Positions 1-9,456 of a DNA stretch of 64,000 bases are shown in pieces. Position 1 is the stretch's first letter. Every line of letters begins with the position of its first letter. The notes below the pieces were generated by a model. The model was given only the letters and a program-made list of their open reading frames with translations, had not been told where the DNA came from and did not search any database. Position numbers and translations under genes: made by a program. Source of the DNA: an uncultured virus (IMG/VR IMGVR_UViG_3300037418_002259) (taxonomy: Duplodnaviria; Heunggongvirae; Uroviricota; Caudoviricetes); IMG/VR virus record IMGVR_UViG_3300037418_002259. One strand, given 5' to 3'.

Positions 1-2
1 AC

Positions 3-2426
3 GCCGTCATCCTGACGCAGGGCGCGTTCGAGAAGATCCCGCTGTCGCAGGAAGAGCAAGAGTCGTACATCGATCGCGAACTGGCGACGATGCGCGCCCA
101 GTTCGCCCAGGCGGAGGCCGCCGCGGCGGCCGATGCCGGGCCGTACGGTGCCCCGTCGCAGGCGCACAAGAAGACCGTCAAGAAGATGGAGAACGCCCTC
201 CTCCGCGCCGAGGAGGCGATGCGGAAGAAACTCGACAAGCAGAAGGACGTCGGGGTCTCGTGGGAGCAGACCGGCATCGACTACCTGATGGTCGACGAGG
301 CGCACGGCTACTCCAACCTGCGGGTGCTGTCGAACATTCAGGGGGCCGGCAACGTCGGCTCCGACCGGGCGACCGACCTGCACATGAAGCTGGAGTACCT
401 GCGGAAGACGTCGCGGTCCGGCCGGGTCGCGACGTTCGCGACCGGTACGCCGATCCGGAACACGGTCACGCAGGCATACGTGATGCAGCGGTTCCTGCGC
501 CCGGACCTGCTCGAAGAGGCCGGGATCACCAGTTTCGACCAGTGGGCGGCGACGTTCGGCCAGGTTGTCGACGAGATGGAGCTGAAGCCGGAGGGCACCG
601 GGTTCCGGCAGACGCAGCGGTTCGCGAAGTTCCGCAACGTGCCCGAGCTGCTGAAGCAGTTCCACACGTTCGCCGACATCAAGTTGGCCGAGGACCTCGA
701 CCTGCCGACACCCAACCTCGAAGGCGGCAAGGCGCAAGCCGTCGTCGTACCGGGGTCGGACGCGCTGGCGGAGTACATCGCGGAACTCGGCGAGCGGGCC
801 GAGGCCGTGCGCAGCGGCGCGGTCGAGCCCGAGGAAGACAACATGCTGAAGATCAGCGGCGACGGGCGCAAGGCCGCTCTGTCGATGCAGCTGGTCGGCG
901 GCGACCACGAGCCCGGCAAGATCGAGGCCGCAGCGGACCGGATCGCGTCGATCTGGACCCAGAACAAAGACAGGGTCTACACCGACCCGGACACCGGCGA
1001 GGACGACCCGGTCAAGGGCGCGCTGCAGATCGTGTTCATGGACCTCGGCACCCCCGGCGGCGAAGACCGGTGGAACGGGTACGACGCGCTGAAGGGCGAA
1101 CTCGTCGCGCGCGGCATGGACCCGTCGAGCATCCGCTACATCCACGAGGCGAAGAACGACGCCCAGAAGGCAGAACTGTTCGCCATGGCCCGGTCGGGCC
1201 GGATCGCGGTGCTGCTCGGGTCGAGCGAGAAGATGGGTGTCGGCACGAACATCCAGAAGCGGGCGCTCGCGATGCACCACCTGGACGCGCCGTGGCGGCC
1301 GGCCGACGTCGACCAGCGCGACGGCCGGATCATGCGACAGGGCAACCTGAACCCTGACGTGCAGATCTTCCGGTACGTCACCGAGAAGTCGTTCGACACC
1401 TACATGTGGCAGACGCTGGAGCGCAAGGCGAAGTTCATCAACCAGATCATGAAGGGGTCGCTCGACGTCCGCGAGATCGAGGACATCGGCGACACCGCGA
1501 TGAACGCCCAGGAGATCAAGGCGCTGTCGTCGGGTAACCCGGACATCCTGGAGAAGGCGAAGACCGACACCCTGTTGGCGAAGCTGACTCGGTTGGAGCG
1601 CACCCACAACCAGACGCAGCGGAACCTGAAGACGAGCATTCAGACCTCGACCGCGAACGCGCAGACGTGGGAGTCGTTCGCCGCGCAGTACGACGCGGCG
1701 ATCCCGCAGCGGATCGACACCCGCGGCGACAAGTTCACGATGAACGTGAGCGGTTCCCGCTACAACAAGCGGCAGGACGCGGCCGACGCGCTACGGGCCC
1801 GGGTGTACTCGATCAGGAACCAGGACCGGTGGGGTGACGCACCGGCGCGAGACATCGGCACTGTCGGCGGGTTCACCGTCACCGGGCAGGTCGTGCACGC
1901 CCCGGGCGGCGCTCGCGACGTGATCATCCGTTTCGACGGCGTCCCCGGCGAGATCACGCGGCTGACGGCTGATGACCTCGACCAGTCCGGCTACGGCATC
2001 ATCTCCCGGCTGGAATCGGCGCTGGAGGGGTTCGAGACGAAGCGCGACCGGCTGCTGCAGTCGGCGGCCGACGCCCGCTTGGAGGTGCAGCGGATGGAAG
2101 CGCGGCTCGGTCAGGAGTTCCCCCGCGCCGCCGAACTCGCCGCGGCCCGGCTCAAGTCCGAGCGGTTGAACCTGAAGATGGAGCGGGCGATCCGCCGCGA
2201 GGCCGGCGAAGAGATCCCGTTCGATCCGCTGATCGACTCCGACCAGTACGACCCGGCGATCCTGTCCACCGCCGAGGACGCTGACATCCCCCCGGAGGAC
2301 TTCGGAGCCACCACCGGAGCCGATCTCCGCCGAGCCGCTGAAGCTCGCGCTGACGCCGAGAAAACCCTGGCCATCGTCAACGGCAGGGTCATCGTCAAAC
2401 TGATCACCCGGAAGGTAGCTGCGTGA
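3..2426 (+). CDS. SNF2/DarB-like helicase, C-terminal part (5' end lies upstream of the window)
   Basis: Frame is open from the window start. SF2 motifs DEAH, TGTP, GTNIQ and QRDGRIMRQGN match the C-terminus of large methyltransferase-helicase (DarB-like) proteins. Confidence 0.85.
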   Translation, partial: AVILTQGAFEKIPLSQEEQESYIDRELATMRAQFAQAEAAAAADAGPYGAPSQAHKKTVKKMENALLRAEEAMRKKLDKQKDVGVSWEQTGIDYLMVDEAHGYSNLRVLSNIQGAGNVGSDRATDLHMKLEYLRKTSRSGRVATFATGTPIRNTVTQAYVMQRFLRPDLLEEAGITSFDQWAATFGQVVDEMELKPEGTGFRQTQRFAKFRNVPELLKQFHTFADIKLAEDLDLPTPNLEGGKAQAVVVPGSDALAEYIAELGERAEAVRSGAVEPEEDNMLKISGDGRKAALSMQLVGGDHEPGKIEAAADRIASIWTQNKDRVYTDPDTGEDDPVKGALQIVFMDLGTPGGEDRWNGYDALKGELVARGMDPSSIRYIHEAKNDAQKAELFAMARSGRIAVLLGSSEKMGVGTNIQKRALAMHHLDAPWRPADVDQRDGRIMRQGNLNPDVQIFRYVTEKSFDTYMWQTLERKAKFINQIMKGSLDVREIEDIGDTAMNAQEIKALSSGNPDILEKAKTDTLLAKLTRLERTHNQTQRNLKTSIQTSTANAQTWESFAAQYDAAIPQRIDTRGDKFTMNVSGSRYNKRQDAADALRARVYSIRNQDRWGDAPARDIGTVGGFTVTGQVVHAPGGARDVIIRFDGVPGEITRLTADDLDQSGYGIISRLESALEGFETKRDRLLQSAADARLEVQRMEARLGQEFPRAAELAAARLKSERLNLKMERAIRREAGEEIPFDPLIDSDQYDPAILSTAEDADIPPEDFGATTGADLRRAAEARADAEKTLAIVNGRVIVKLITRKVAA

Positions 2427-2674
2427 GTGAAGTGACCGAGGCGATCGCCGCGTTGGAGCGCGGCGATCGCACCCTCGAAGACGTGGAACGCCTGTTCCTC
2501 AACCGGACTTGGCCGATGCTGGTTCCCCAACAGGACAGTGACGAGCAACCCGAGGGATCATTCGGCGAGGTCGCCGATGCCTACAGCAACGGCCAACTCA
2601 GCCACGAGCACTACGTCATCCTCGCGGAGGCCGCGCGAGAAGCGATCAGAAACCAGCGAGAGCAGAGCAGGTGA
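2423..2674 (+). CDS. hypothetical protein
   Basis: GTGA overlaps with both neighbours; coding-like codon usage. Confidence 0.7.
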   Translation: MSEVTEAIAALERGDRTLEDVERLFLNRTWPMLVPQQDSDEQPEGSFGEVADAYSNGQLSHEHYVILAEAAREAIRNQREQSR

Positions 2675-3546
2675 ACCCGATGACCACCAAGTGGGATGTC
2701 CGGACCGCGAACGGGGATCTGGTGACTGATCTGCCCGGGCTCGCCGAGGCGATCGGCAGTGACCTGGACCTCGCCGCGAAGACACTGCTTGAGTCGCCGA
2801 GCCTGGTGTTGGCACCGGCCGGGCTGGTTGCCGCAGCACAGGAGCAGGTGAAGGCCGGTAAGAAGCCGCCGTTCACGCCGGGTGGCAGCACCCCGCCGGA
2901 GATCTCGACCGGTTCGTTCGTGCAGTGGTCTGGTGGCCGCGGCCGTGTCGCGCTGGTCGTGAAGAACGGCAAGGTGCCCGGGATCTCCGAGGACGTCGAG
3001 GGTACGGCGGACTCGCCGGCTGCGCAGGTCGTCGTGTGGGAAGGCAACGCGAAGGACGGCTACAAGGCGACCGGGAAGAAGATCGGCGCGAAGCTGAAGA
3101 CCCTGAAGCGGATCCCGCCGCTGAAGAGCGGCGGGAAGAAGTCCGCGGCGACGACGTCCGCGACCCGCTTGGTGGAGATGATCGCCGAGCACGAGCAGCG
3201 CATCGAGACCCACGGGCTCGGCGACGAGGCCAGGGTCAAGGGCAAGGCCGTGATGGAGGTGTACGAGCGCGGGCTGAAGGCATGGCCGGGAGTGCTGCGG
3301 ACCGCGTTGACCCGGGAGCAGTGGGGGCAGGAGCGCGTCAAGGCGTTCCTCGACGCCGCCGCCACCGGGCAGACGATCGACAACTACCGCAACGACCTGG
3401 GGCTGTTGTCGAAGGCGAACCCGCTGCACCCGGAGCACAAGGCGATCCTGGACGTCACCCGCACCGATGACGGCGGCGTTGACATGATCGTGATCGACCA
3501 GAACGAGGTCAACGAGCGGCTCCAGGACCTGTTCGCCGATCTCTGA
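2671..3546 (+). CDS. hypothetical head-region protein
   Basis: 291-aa ORF coupled to the upstream gene; VYERG..AW..EQW..ERV.AFL segment resembles phage head-region domains. Confidence 0.7.
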   Translation: MNPMTTKWDVRTANGDLVTDLPGLAEAIGSDLDLAAKTLLESPSLVLAPAGLVAAAQEQVKAGKKPPFTPGGSTPPEISTGSFVQWSGGRGRVALVVKNGKVPGISEDVEGTADSPAAQVVVWEGNAKDGYKATGKKIGAKLKTLKRIPPLKSGGKKSAATTSATRLVEMIAEHEQRIETHGLGDEARVKGKAVMEVYERGLKAWPGVLRTALTREQWGQERVKAFLDAAATGQTIDNYRNDLGLLSKANPLHPEHKAILDVTRTDDGGVDMIVIDQNEVNERLQDLFADL

Positions 3547-3556
3547 CGCACGCGCT

Positions 3557-3590
3557 CGACGCGACCTTAACCAGTCCTCAAACCTAGCCT
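3557..3590 (+). promoter_or_regulatory. class-A promoter (protease operon)
   Basis: CGACGCGACCTTAA-N14-TAGCCT. Confidence 0.75.
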
Positions 3591-3629
3591 CCGATCAGCA
3601 GCTACCCGGCTGGTCAGGAGGCTCGACCG

Positions 3630-6155
3630 ATGTCCACACCCACGCTCGCGTTCAAGAGCGCCGTACTCGCGCCGGATGAGGCCGCTGACCTTGTCATCGC
3701 CGAGGCCGAGAACATCGTTGCCGGAGCTGCCGCGTTCGAAGGCGACGGGATCGTCACCGCGATCGTCTCGGTTACCGGCGTGGTCGACGAGGTCGACGAC
3801 ATCATCGAGCCGGGCGCGTACGCCGAGACGCTCCGCAAGCGCCTGCCGAAGGTGTGCTGGCACCACTCGTGGGAGCACCCGATCGGCAAGGTGCTGTGGA
3901 TCGAAGAGCTGATGCCGGGTGACCCGCGGCTGCCCTCGAAGACTCGTGACGGGCAGCCGTGGCCGGCCGAGGCCGGCGCGCTGGTCGCGAAGATGCAGAT
4001 GAACATGAAGTCCGAGCGGGGCCGGGAGGCCTACTCGGCGATCAAGTTCTACAGCGAGTCCGGCGAATGCGAGTACTCGATCGGGTACAAGGTGCCGCAG
4101 GGCAAGTCGACCCGTGACGGCAAGGGCATCCGGCACATCAAGGTCATGGACCTGTTCGAGTTGTCGTTCGTGCTGTTCGGTGCGCACACGATGACCGGCA
4201 CGCTCGCGCTGAAGGCCGCTGTGCGCCTGATGGGCAAGGCGGAACAGGGGCTGGTGACGCTGTCGAGGGCGGCTATCGACGCCGAGTTCAAGCGGCTCAT
4301 GGAGGGCGTGGAGTTCAAGGATCTCGCCGAGGACGACGACGTCGTTGACCTCACCGGCGACGAGGACGACGTCGAGAACGACGAGGACGACCTGGAGCCG
4401 AACCCGGACGAGCCGACCGACGTCGGGCCGGACGACCAGGAAGTGTTGGACATCGGCGACGACGAGGACGACCTCGAACACGACCTCGACACCGACGAAG
4501 GCGTTGCGGCACTACACCAGGCGGCGATGGCCGATCCCGAGTTCGCGATGCACCACAACCCGGAGGGCAAGGCAGCGGGCGGAGCCGATAAGAACCGCGG
4601 CAACGCCGAGAAACTGCGCCACTGGTACGTCGCAGGCGCTGGCGGACAAATCGCGTGGGGCACCCCTGGCGACTTCGAGCAGTGCGTCGCGGTCGCCGGC
4701 AAGCACATGGATCCCGAACGCGCGAAGGGCTACTGCAACCTGCGCCACCAGGACGCCGTAGGCGCTCCCCCGGGGCAGGGCCACCCGGAGAGCAAGGCTC
4801 AGGTGTACGACCAGCCGGACACCACCGCGCCGGACGACGACAGCGACGTGCTGGACGACCCGAAGCTCACCGGCGTGATGGTTGCCCTCTTCCCCGACCC
4901 CGAGGCCGCGAAGAAGATCGCGGTCCGTGGCGGCGACGACCCCGAGGACCTGCACGTCACCCTCGCCTACCTAGGCAAGACCAGCGACCAGGCCGGCGAA
5001 GGGCTCACGCTCGAAGCCGCGACCAGCAAGATCGTCGCTGCCGCGCAGACCGCGGCCGCTACGTTCCAGCCGCTGTCCGGCACGGTCGGAGGCGTCGGCA
5101 AGTTCCCCGACCACGGGGACGGCGTACCGGTTTTCGCGCCGGTCGACGTCGTAGGGCTCGGTGCCGTACGCGAGGCCGTCGTCGACGCGCTGGAGGCCGG
5201 TGGGCTGCCGGTGAAGATGGATCACGGGTTCACCCCGCACATGACGCTGGGGTTCAACCTCGACATGGACCTGATCCCGGACAGCGAGCCGGTACCGGTC
5301 GAGTTCACGCACCTGGTCGTCGCGGTCGGCGGCACGCATACACGGATCCCGCTGGGCAGCGACGCGGGAGCTGACGCATCTGACGGGATGGTTCCGGGCG
5401 AGCCGTCGCAGGGCCCGGCGGTCGCCGGAGAGCCCCTTGAGAAGGGATACGACCCCATGCTCGAAACCGGGCCCTACGCAGGCCACAAAGACGCGCTGAG
5501 CAGCCCTGAGCCGGTCTCCTCGAAGGGCTTCCCCCGGCTCGCCGGGTCGCTGGAAGAGCGCATGTCGGCAATCTCCCGCGCGCTCGAAGAGGCACTGCTC
5601 GGCGACCTCGACGACGAAGAGCGGAAGAACCGGTACGTCGGTGTCGACGGCACGTGGATGGACCGGGTCATCTGCACCGTGAACCACTGGGCCGGGCCCA
5701 ACGACGGCGAGTGCGAGTCGTTCGAGTACCCGTACACGATGAACGACGACGGCACGGTGTCGCTCGGCGAACCGGTGCCGGTGAAGCTGAAGCTCACCGC
5801 AGAACTCGACGGCGACGAGGTCAGCGGCGTACCGGTCGGCGACCTGATGCCGATCAGCGAACTGGTCGGGCAGGCGATCGCGGGCATCAAGTTCCTCGGC
5901 CCGACAGAGATCAAGGCAGGGCGGGTGCTGTCGGCCAACAACGCCAGCCAGATCAAGGGCGTCGTAGAGACGCTGCTGACCGTGCTCAAGGCCGCGGGCA
6001 TCGACATCACTCCCCCCGAGGCTCAGGACTCCGTCGCGCCGACGCCGGACATGGAGACCACCGCGCCGGCCGCGCGCGGCAAGTCCGCCGTGATGCCGAC
6101 GCCCGCGGAGGTGGCTGCGTTGCTGGCCGACATCGAGCAGTCCACCGCCGAGTAG
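3630..6155 (+). CDS. HK97-family prohead protease fused to a 2H phosphoesterase (2'-5' RNA ligase/Acb1-like) domain
   Basis: N-terminal VDEVDDIIEPGAY/WHHSWEHPIG/YSIGY/LFELSFV protease motifs; internal HVTLAY and HMTLGF HxT motifs; RBS AGGAGG. Confidence 0.85.
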   Translation: MSTPTLAFKSAVLAPDEAADLVIAEAENIVAGAAAFEGDGIVTAIVSVTGVVDEVDDIIEPGAYAETLRKRLPKVCWHHSWEHPIGKVLWIEELMPGDPRLPSKTRDGQPWPAEAGALVAKMQMNMKSERGREAYSAIKFYSESGECEYSIGYKVPQGKSTRDGKGIRHIKVMDLFELSFVLFGAHTMTGTLALKAAVRLMGKAEQGLVTLSRAAIDAEFKRLMEGVEFKDLAEDDDVVDLTGDEDDVENDEDDLEPNPDEPTDVGPDDQEVLDIGDDEDDLEHDLDTDEGVAALHQAAMADPEFAMHHNPEGKAAGGADKNRGNAEKLRHWYVAGAGGQIAWGTPGDFEQCVAVAGKHMDPERAKGYCNLRHQDAVGAPPGQGHPESKAQVYDQPDTTAPDDDSDVLDDPKLTGVMVALFPDPEAAKKIAVRGGDDPEDLHVTLAYLGKTSDQAGEGLTLEAATSKIVAAAQTAAATFQPLSGTVGGVGKFPDHGDGVPVFAPVDVVGLGAVREAVVDALEAGGLPVKMDHGFTPHMTLGFNLDMDLIPDSEPVPVEFTHLVVAVGGTHTRIPLGSDAGADASDGMVPGEPSQGPAVAGEPLEKGYDPMLETGPYAGHKDALSSPEPVSSKGFPRLAGSLEERMSAISRALEEALLGDLDDEERKNRYVGVDGTWMDRVICTVNHWAGPNDGECESFEYPYTMNDDGTVSLGEPVPVKLKLTAELDGDEVSGVPVGDLMPISELVGQAIAGIKFLGPTEIKAGRVLSANNASQIKGVVETLLTVLKAAGIDITPPEAQDSVAPTPDMETTAPAARGKSAVMPTPAEVAALLADIEQSTAE

Positions 6156-6165
6156 GAGACGACCC

Positions 6166-6591
6166 ATGCAGCCCATCGACCTTGAGAACGTGTTCACCTA
6201 CCACCCGCCGACCGGCCGCGAGCAGGTCGCGACCTATCAGGTCATCCGCTTGGGCGGGAAGACGCTCGCGGAGCTGATCGACAACAACGTGCCGGACGGT
6301 CCGGAGAAGACGACCGCGATCCGCAAGATCCAGGAAGCCGTTATGTGGGCCAACGCCGGCATCGCGTGTGCGCCGCCACCCGCCAAGTGCCTGTGCGGTA
6401 GCCGCGAGGCGTGGGCGTGGGCTGGTAAGGCTGGTCAGGAGCCCGGTCCGCATCACTCGAAGCAGTGCGACAAGTGGCAGCCGTACGCCGATGGCGCGGT
6501 CGGTGAGGGTGTTCTGCCCTGCGGCAAGACCGAGACCAGCAATGACACCGGGCAGGACGAACCGGTGATCCCGCCCGCGCCGCAGGGATGA
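6166..6591 (+). CDS. Acb2/Tad1-like helical hairpin protein (putative signalling-nucleotide sponge) with Cys-rich tail
   Basis: FTYHPP...Y..IR...LA..I...PEKTTAIRKIQEAVMWANAGIA pattern; RBS AGGAGAC. Confidence 0.6.
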   Translation: MQPIDLENVFTYHPPTGREQVATYQVIRLGGKTLAELIDNNVPDGPEKTTAIRKIQEAVMWANAGIACAPPPAKCLCGSREAWAWAGKAGQEPGPHHSKQCDKWQPYADGAVGEGVLPCGKTETSNDTGQDEPVIPPAPQG

Positions 6592-6980
6592 GCGGTTCGT
6601 CGCGGAAGTCGCACCTGACGACCGCCGAGTTCGCGCGCCTCAACGACGCGTGCGTGCCCGTCACGGCGGCGTTCGATAGTCCGCCGTACCTGGTCGGGTC
6701 TGTCACTGAGAGGCCCGACTACAGGGACGTCGACCTGCGGGTCATCCTCCCCGATGAGGAGTTCGACCAACTGTTCGGCGGCCGGGTGCTGCTGTGGTCG
6801 ATGGTCTGCCTTGCCATCGGCCACTACCTGCGTGACGTCACCGGTCTGCCGATCGACTTCCAGGTCCAGCGCATGACCGAGGCCAACGAGAAACACCCTG
6901 GCACGCATCGCAACCCGATGGGGTATAGCGGCCGGCCGTTCGCCGGTGGCGGCGACGCCACACCCTTCCGCGCGTCGTGA
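6588..6980 (+). CDS. minimal Pol-beta-superfamily nucleotidyltransferase-like protein
   Basis: YLVGS-x7-DVDL motif plus a distal IDFQ aspartate. Confidence 0.6.
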   Translation: MSGSSRKSHLTTAEFARLNDACVPVTAAFDSPPYLVGSVTERPDYRDVDLRVILPDEEFDQLFGGRVLLWSMVCLAIGHYLRDVTGLPIDFQVQRMTEANEKHPGTHRNPMGYSGRPFAGGGDATPFRAS

Positions 6981-6998
6981 CGCGGGTCACGCTCTGCT

Positions 6999-7032
6999 CG
7001 ACGCGACGTTAACCAACTCGCCCTGATTTCGT
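6999..7032 (+). promoter_or_regulatory. class-A promoter (capsid)
   Basis: CGACGCGACGTTAA; weak -10 TTTCGT. Confidence 0.65.
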
Positions 7033-7182
7033 AGGGCTCAGCGACTCCGAGGTCGTCCCGGTGCTGACCGGGCGAACGGGTAGCGAACCAGCCGCTTTCT
7101 GACGCGGCGCTTCGAAGCCGTGCCACGCGCACGGCGCATCCGCAACGCCCACATTCACCCATCGCATCGGGAGCAATCCGTC

Positions 7183-8523
7183 ATGAGTACTGCTGTTGTT
7201 GACCAGTCGCGCGTCCGCGAACTGCGCAAGGCCCTCGCCTCCAAGGGCGAGGAGATCAAGAACCTGTCCGGCTCGTGGAAGGTCGAGGACGGTGGCCAGT
7301 TCACCATCTCCGGCGACGAGCACAAGTCGTACCTGAAGGCCGTCCGTGAGGCGCAGGAGATCAAGGAGCTGCTGACCGCGGAGCAGTCCGTCGGCGGCAT
7401 CTTCGAGTTCATCGAGTCGGCCGAGGGCAAGTCCGCCGGCGGCGACGACGCCGCTGCGGGCCAGCGCGGTCGCGGCGAGATGAAGAGCGCCTCGGACGAG
7501 TTCCTCGGGTCGGACTTCTACCTGGAGGCCAAGCAGCGCGGGTTCAAGGGGCAGCACCTGCTGGGCGGTTTCGCCGTCGAGCGTGGCCTGCCGGACCTCG
7601 CCGCCGCGTCCCAGAAGGACGTCTACTCGGCGATGGGCGGGACGGTCTCGATCCCGACCCTCGGGATGGCGCAGAACCTCGGTCTGACCGAGCGCATGCT
7701 CCGCCCGGGCCGCGTCCGGGACCTGTTCCCGGCCGAGAAGACCTCCGCCGCGATGCTCTACGGCATGCGCGAAACGGGCTATCAGAACCGGGCCCGTGTC
7801 GTCGCCGAGCGCACCGCCGCCGATGGTGGGCCCGCGACCGGTGGCGCGTCCGACGTCTACGGCCTCAAGCCGAAGTCGGAGCTGACGATCGTCCCGGTGA
7901 CGTACCCGATCGCGACCATCGCGCACATCATGTACGTGCACAAGAACGTCCTGGAGGACGAGCCGCGCATGCGTGGCCTGCTCGACCGGGACATGGTCGA
8001 CGGCGTCAAGATGGCCGAGGACGACCAGATTTTGTGGGGCGACGGTGTCGGCGACAACCTGACCGGCCTCATGAACACCTCCGGTGTCCAGGAGTACGAC
8101 GGTCTCCCGACCGACCGGATGACCGCGCAGGTTCGCCGCGCGGCGACCCGCTCGATCCTGGCGTACTTCCAGCCGAACGGCGTAGTTCTGCACCCGCTGG
8201 ACTGGGAGAAGCTTGAGCTGGAGACCGACGCGAACGGTGTCTACACCGTCGCGGTCTCGATCGCGGTCGGCGGCCAGAAGCAGCTGTGGCGCTTGAAGGT
8301 GACCGACACCCCGGCCATGAACGAAGGCATGGGTCTCGTCGGTTCGTACGGCACCGGCGCGAAGCTGTTCGACCGCGAGCAGGTCAACGTCCAGATCTCC
8401 ACGGAGAACCGCGACATGTTCGAGCGCAACGCGTACACGCTGCGCGCCGAAGAGCGTCTCGGCCTGGTCGTGGACCGCCCGGAGTCGTTCGTCGCGCTGA
8501 ACTTCACCGACTTCACGGGCTGA
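7183..8523 (+). CDS. major capsid protein, HK97 fold
   Basis: Coiled-coil N-terminal delta region; EDDQILWGDG..NLTGL, LHPLDW and RAEERLG motifs. Confidence 0.93.
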   Translation: MSTAVVDQSRVRELRKALASKGEEIKNLSGSWKVEDGGQFTISGDEHKSYLKAVREAQEIKELLTAEQSVGGIFEFIESAEGKSAGGDDAAAGQRGRGEMKSASDEFLGSDFYLEAKQRGFKGQHLLGGFAVERGLPDLAAASQKDVYSAMGGTVSIPTLGMAQNLGLTERMLRPGRVRDLFPAEKTSAAMLYGMRETGYQNRARVVAERTAADGGPATGGASDVYGLKPKSELTIVPVTYPIATIAHIMYVHKNVLEDEPRMRGLLDRDMVDGVKMAEDDQILWGDGVGDNLTGLMNTSGVQEYDGLPTDRMTAQVRRAATRSILAYFQPNGVVLHPLDWEKLELETDANGVYTVAVSIAVGGQKQLWRLKVTDTPAMNEGMGLVGSYGTGAKLFDREQVNVQISTENRDMFERNAYTLRAEERLGLVVDRPESFVALNFTDFTG

Positions 8524-8533
8524 GTCCTGACGG

Positions 8534-8566
8534 TCGTTGCCCCGGGCCACGTGCCCGGGGCAACGA
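8534..8566 (+). terminator. hairpin terminator after the capsid gene
   Basis: 14-bp inverted repeat tcgttgccccgggc/gcccggggcaacga. Confidence 0.7.
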
Positions 8567-8606
8567 TCCCCTCATCAACTGACCGGGCAGGACGAAGGGA
8601 AGCATT

Positions 8607-9377
8607 GTGACTGCCGCGAAGAAGACCACCAGCTCGACGGCGCGGAAGACCGCCGCGAGCGCGTCGAAGGCCGACGCAGAGAACATCGACACCACTCAGA
8701 CCACGCCGGCAGACGACACCGCCAAGGATGCTGCTGCGGCCAGCGAGAACACCTCGGGTTCGACCGAGGCGGCTCCGCTGGACGCCCCGGGCAGTGACGG
8801 CAACGCCGACGCCGACGCGGACAACCCGGGCGACGCTGACCCGGGCGACGCTGACCCGGGCGACGCTGACCAGGGCGACAACGCGGACGGCGGCTCGACC
8901 GCTGCCCGCAGCAACGCCGTCGAGGCAGGCCCGCAGACCGGGGCCGCCGCGCTGCCGGAGAACACCGCTCGGCCGCAGGCGACCATCGTCAACGAGACCC
9001 CGGGTGCGGCTCCGCTCGACCCGCCGGCTGACTCGCACTTGCAGCGTCAGCCGAGCCTCGGGTACTCCCGGTCCTCGACCGATCAGACGTACGCCGCGGC
9101 TGGCGGCCGGACGATCGCCGGGGAGGACCACGTGGCCCTGGTCGACAGCGACGGCAACCCCGTCGACGTGTCGACGCTGTTCTACCGGGAGAACAACCGG
9201 GCGACCCACGTGATCGCGACCAAGCGGGTGTCCGAGGTCCACACCACCCTCGGGGCGAAGACCACCTCCAAGCGGCTCCTGTTCCCGGAGGGTGCCCGGG
9301 TCCCGCTCGCGCAGGCTCTGGCCATCGAGAACGCTGCGAAGGCCGACGCCGAGGCCGCTGCCTCGAAGTCGGAGTAG
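8607..9377 (+). CDS. hypothetical protein with low-complexity acidic N-terminus
   Basis: RBS GAAGGGA; position directly after the capsid gene. Confidence 0.75.
   Translation: MTAAKKTTSSTARKTAASASKADAENIDTTQTTPADDTAKDAAAASENTSGSTEAAPLDAPGSDGNADADADNPGDADPGDADPGDADQGDNADGGSTAARSNAVEAGPQTGAAALPENTARPQATIVNETPGAAPLDPPADSHLQRQPSLGYSRSSTDQTYAAAGGRTIAGEDHVALVDSDGNPVDVSTLFYRENNRATHVIATKRVSEVHTTLGAKTTSKRLLFPEGARVPLAQALAIENAAKADAEAAASKSE
8824..8879 (+). repeat. in-frame 15-bp tandem repeat (DADPG)
   Basis: acccgggcgacgctg x3 plus a degenerate fourth copy. Confidence 0.9.
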
Positions 9378-9456
9378 CAGCCCCTATGCCGGTGCCGCGG
9401 TTCCGCTTTCAGGGGGCGGACCGCGGCACCGACCGGTCGAGAGAAGGTGCCCCCGG

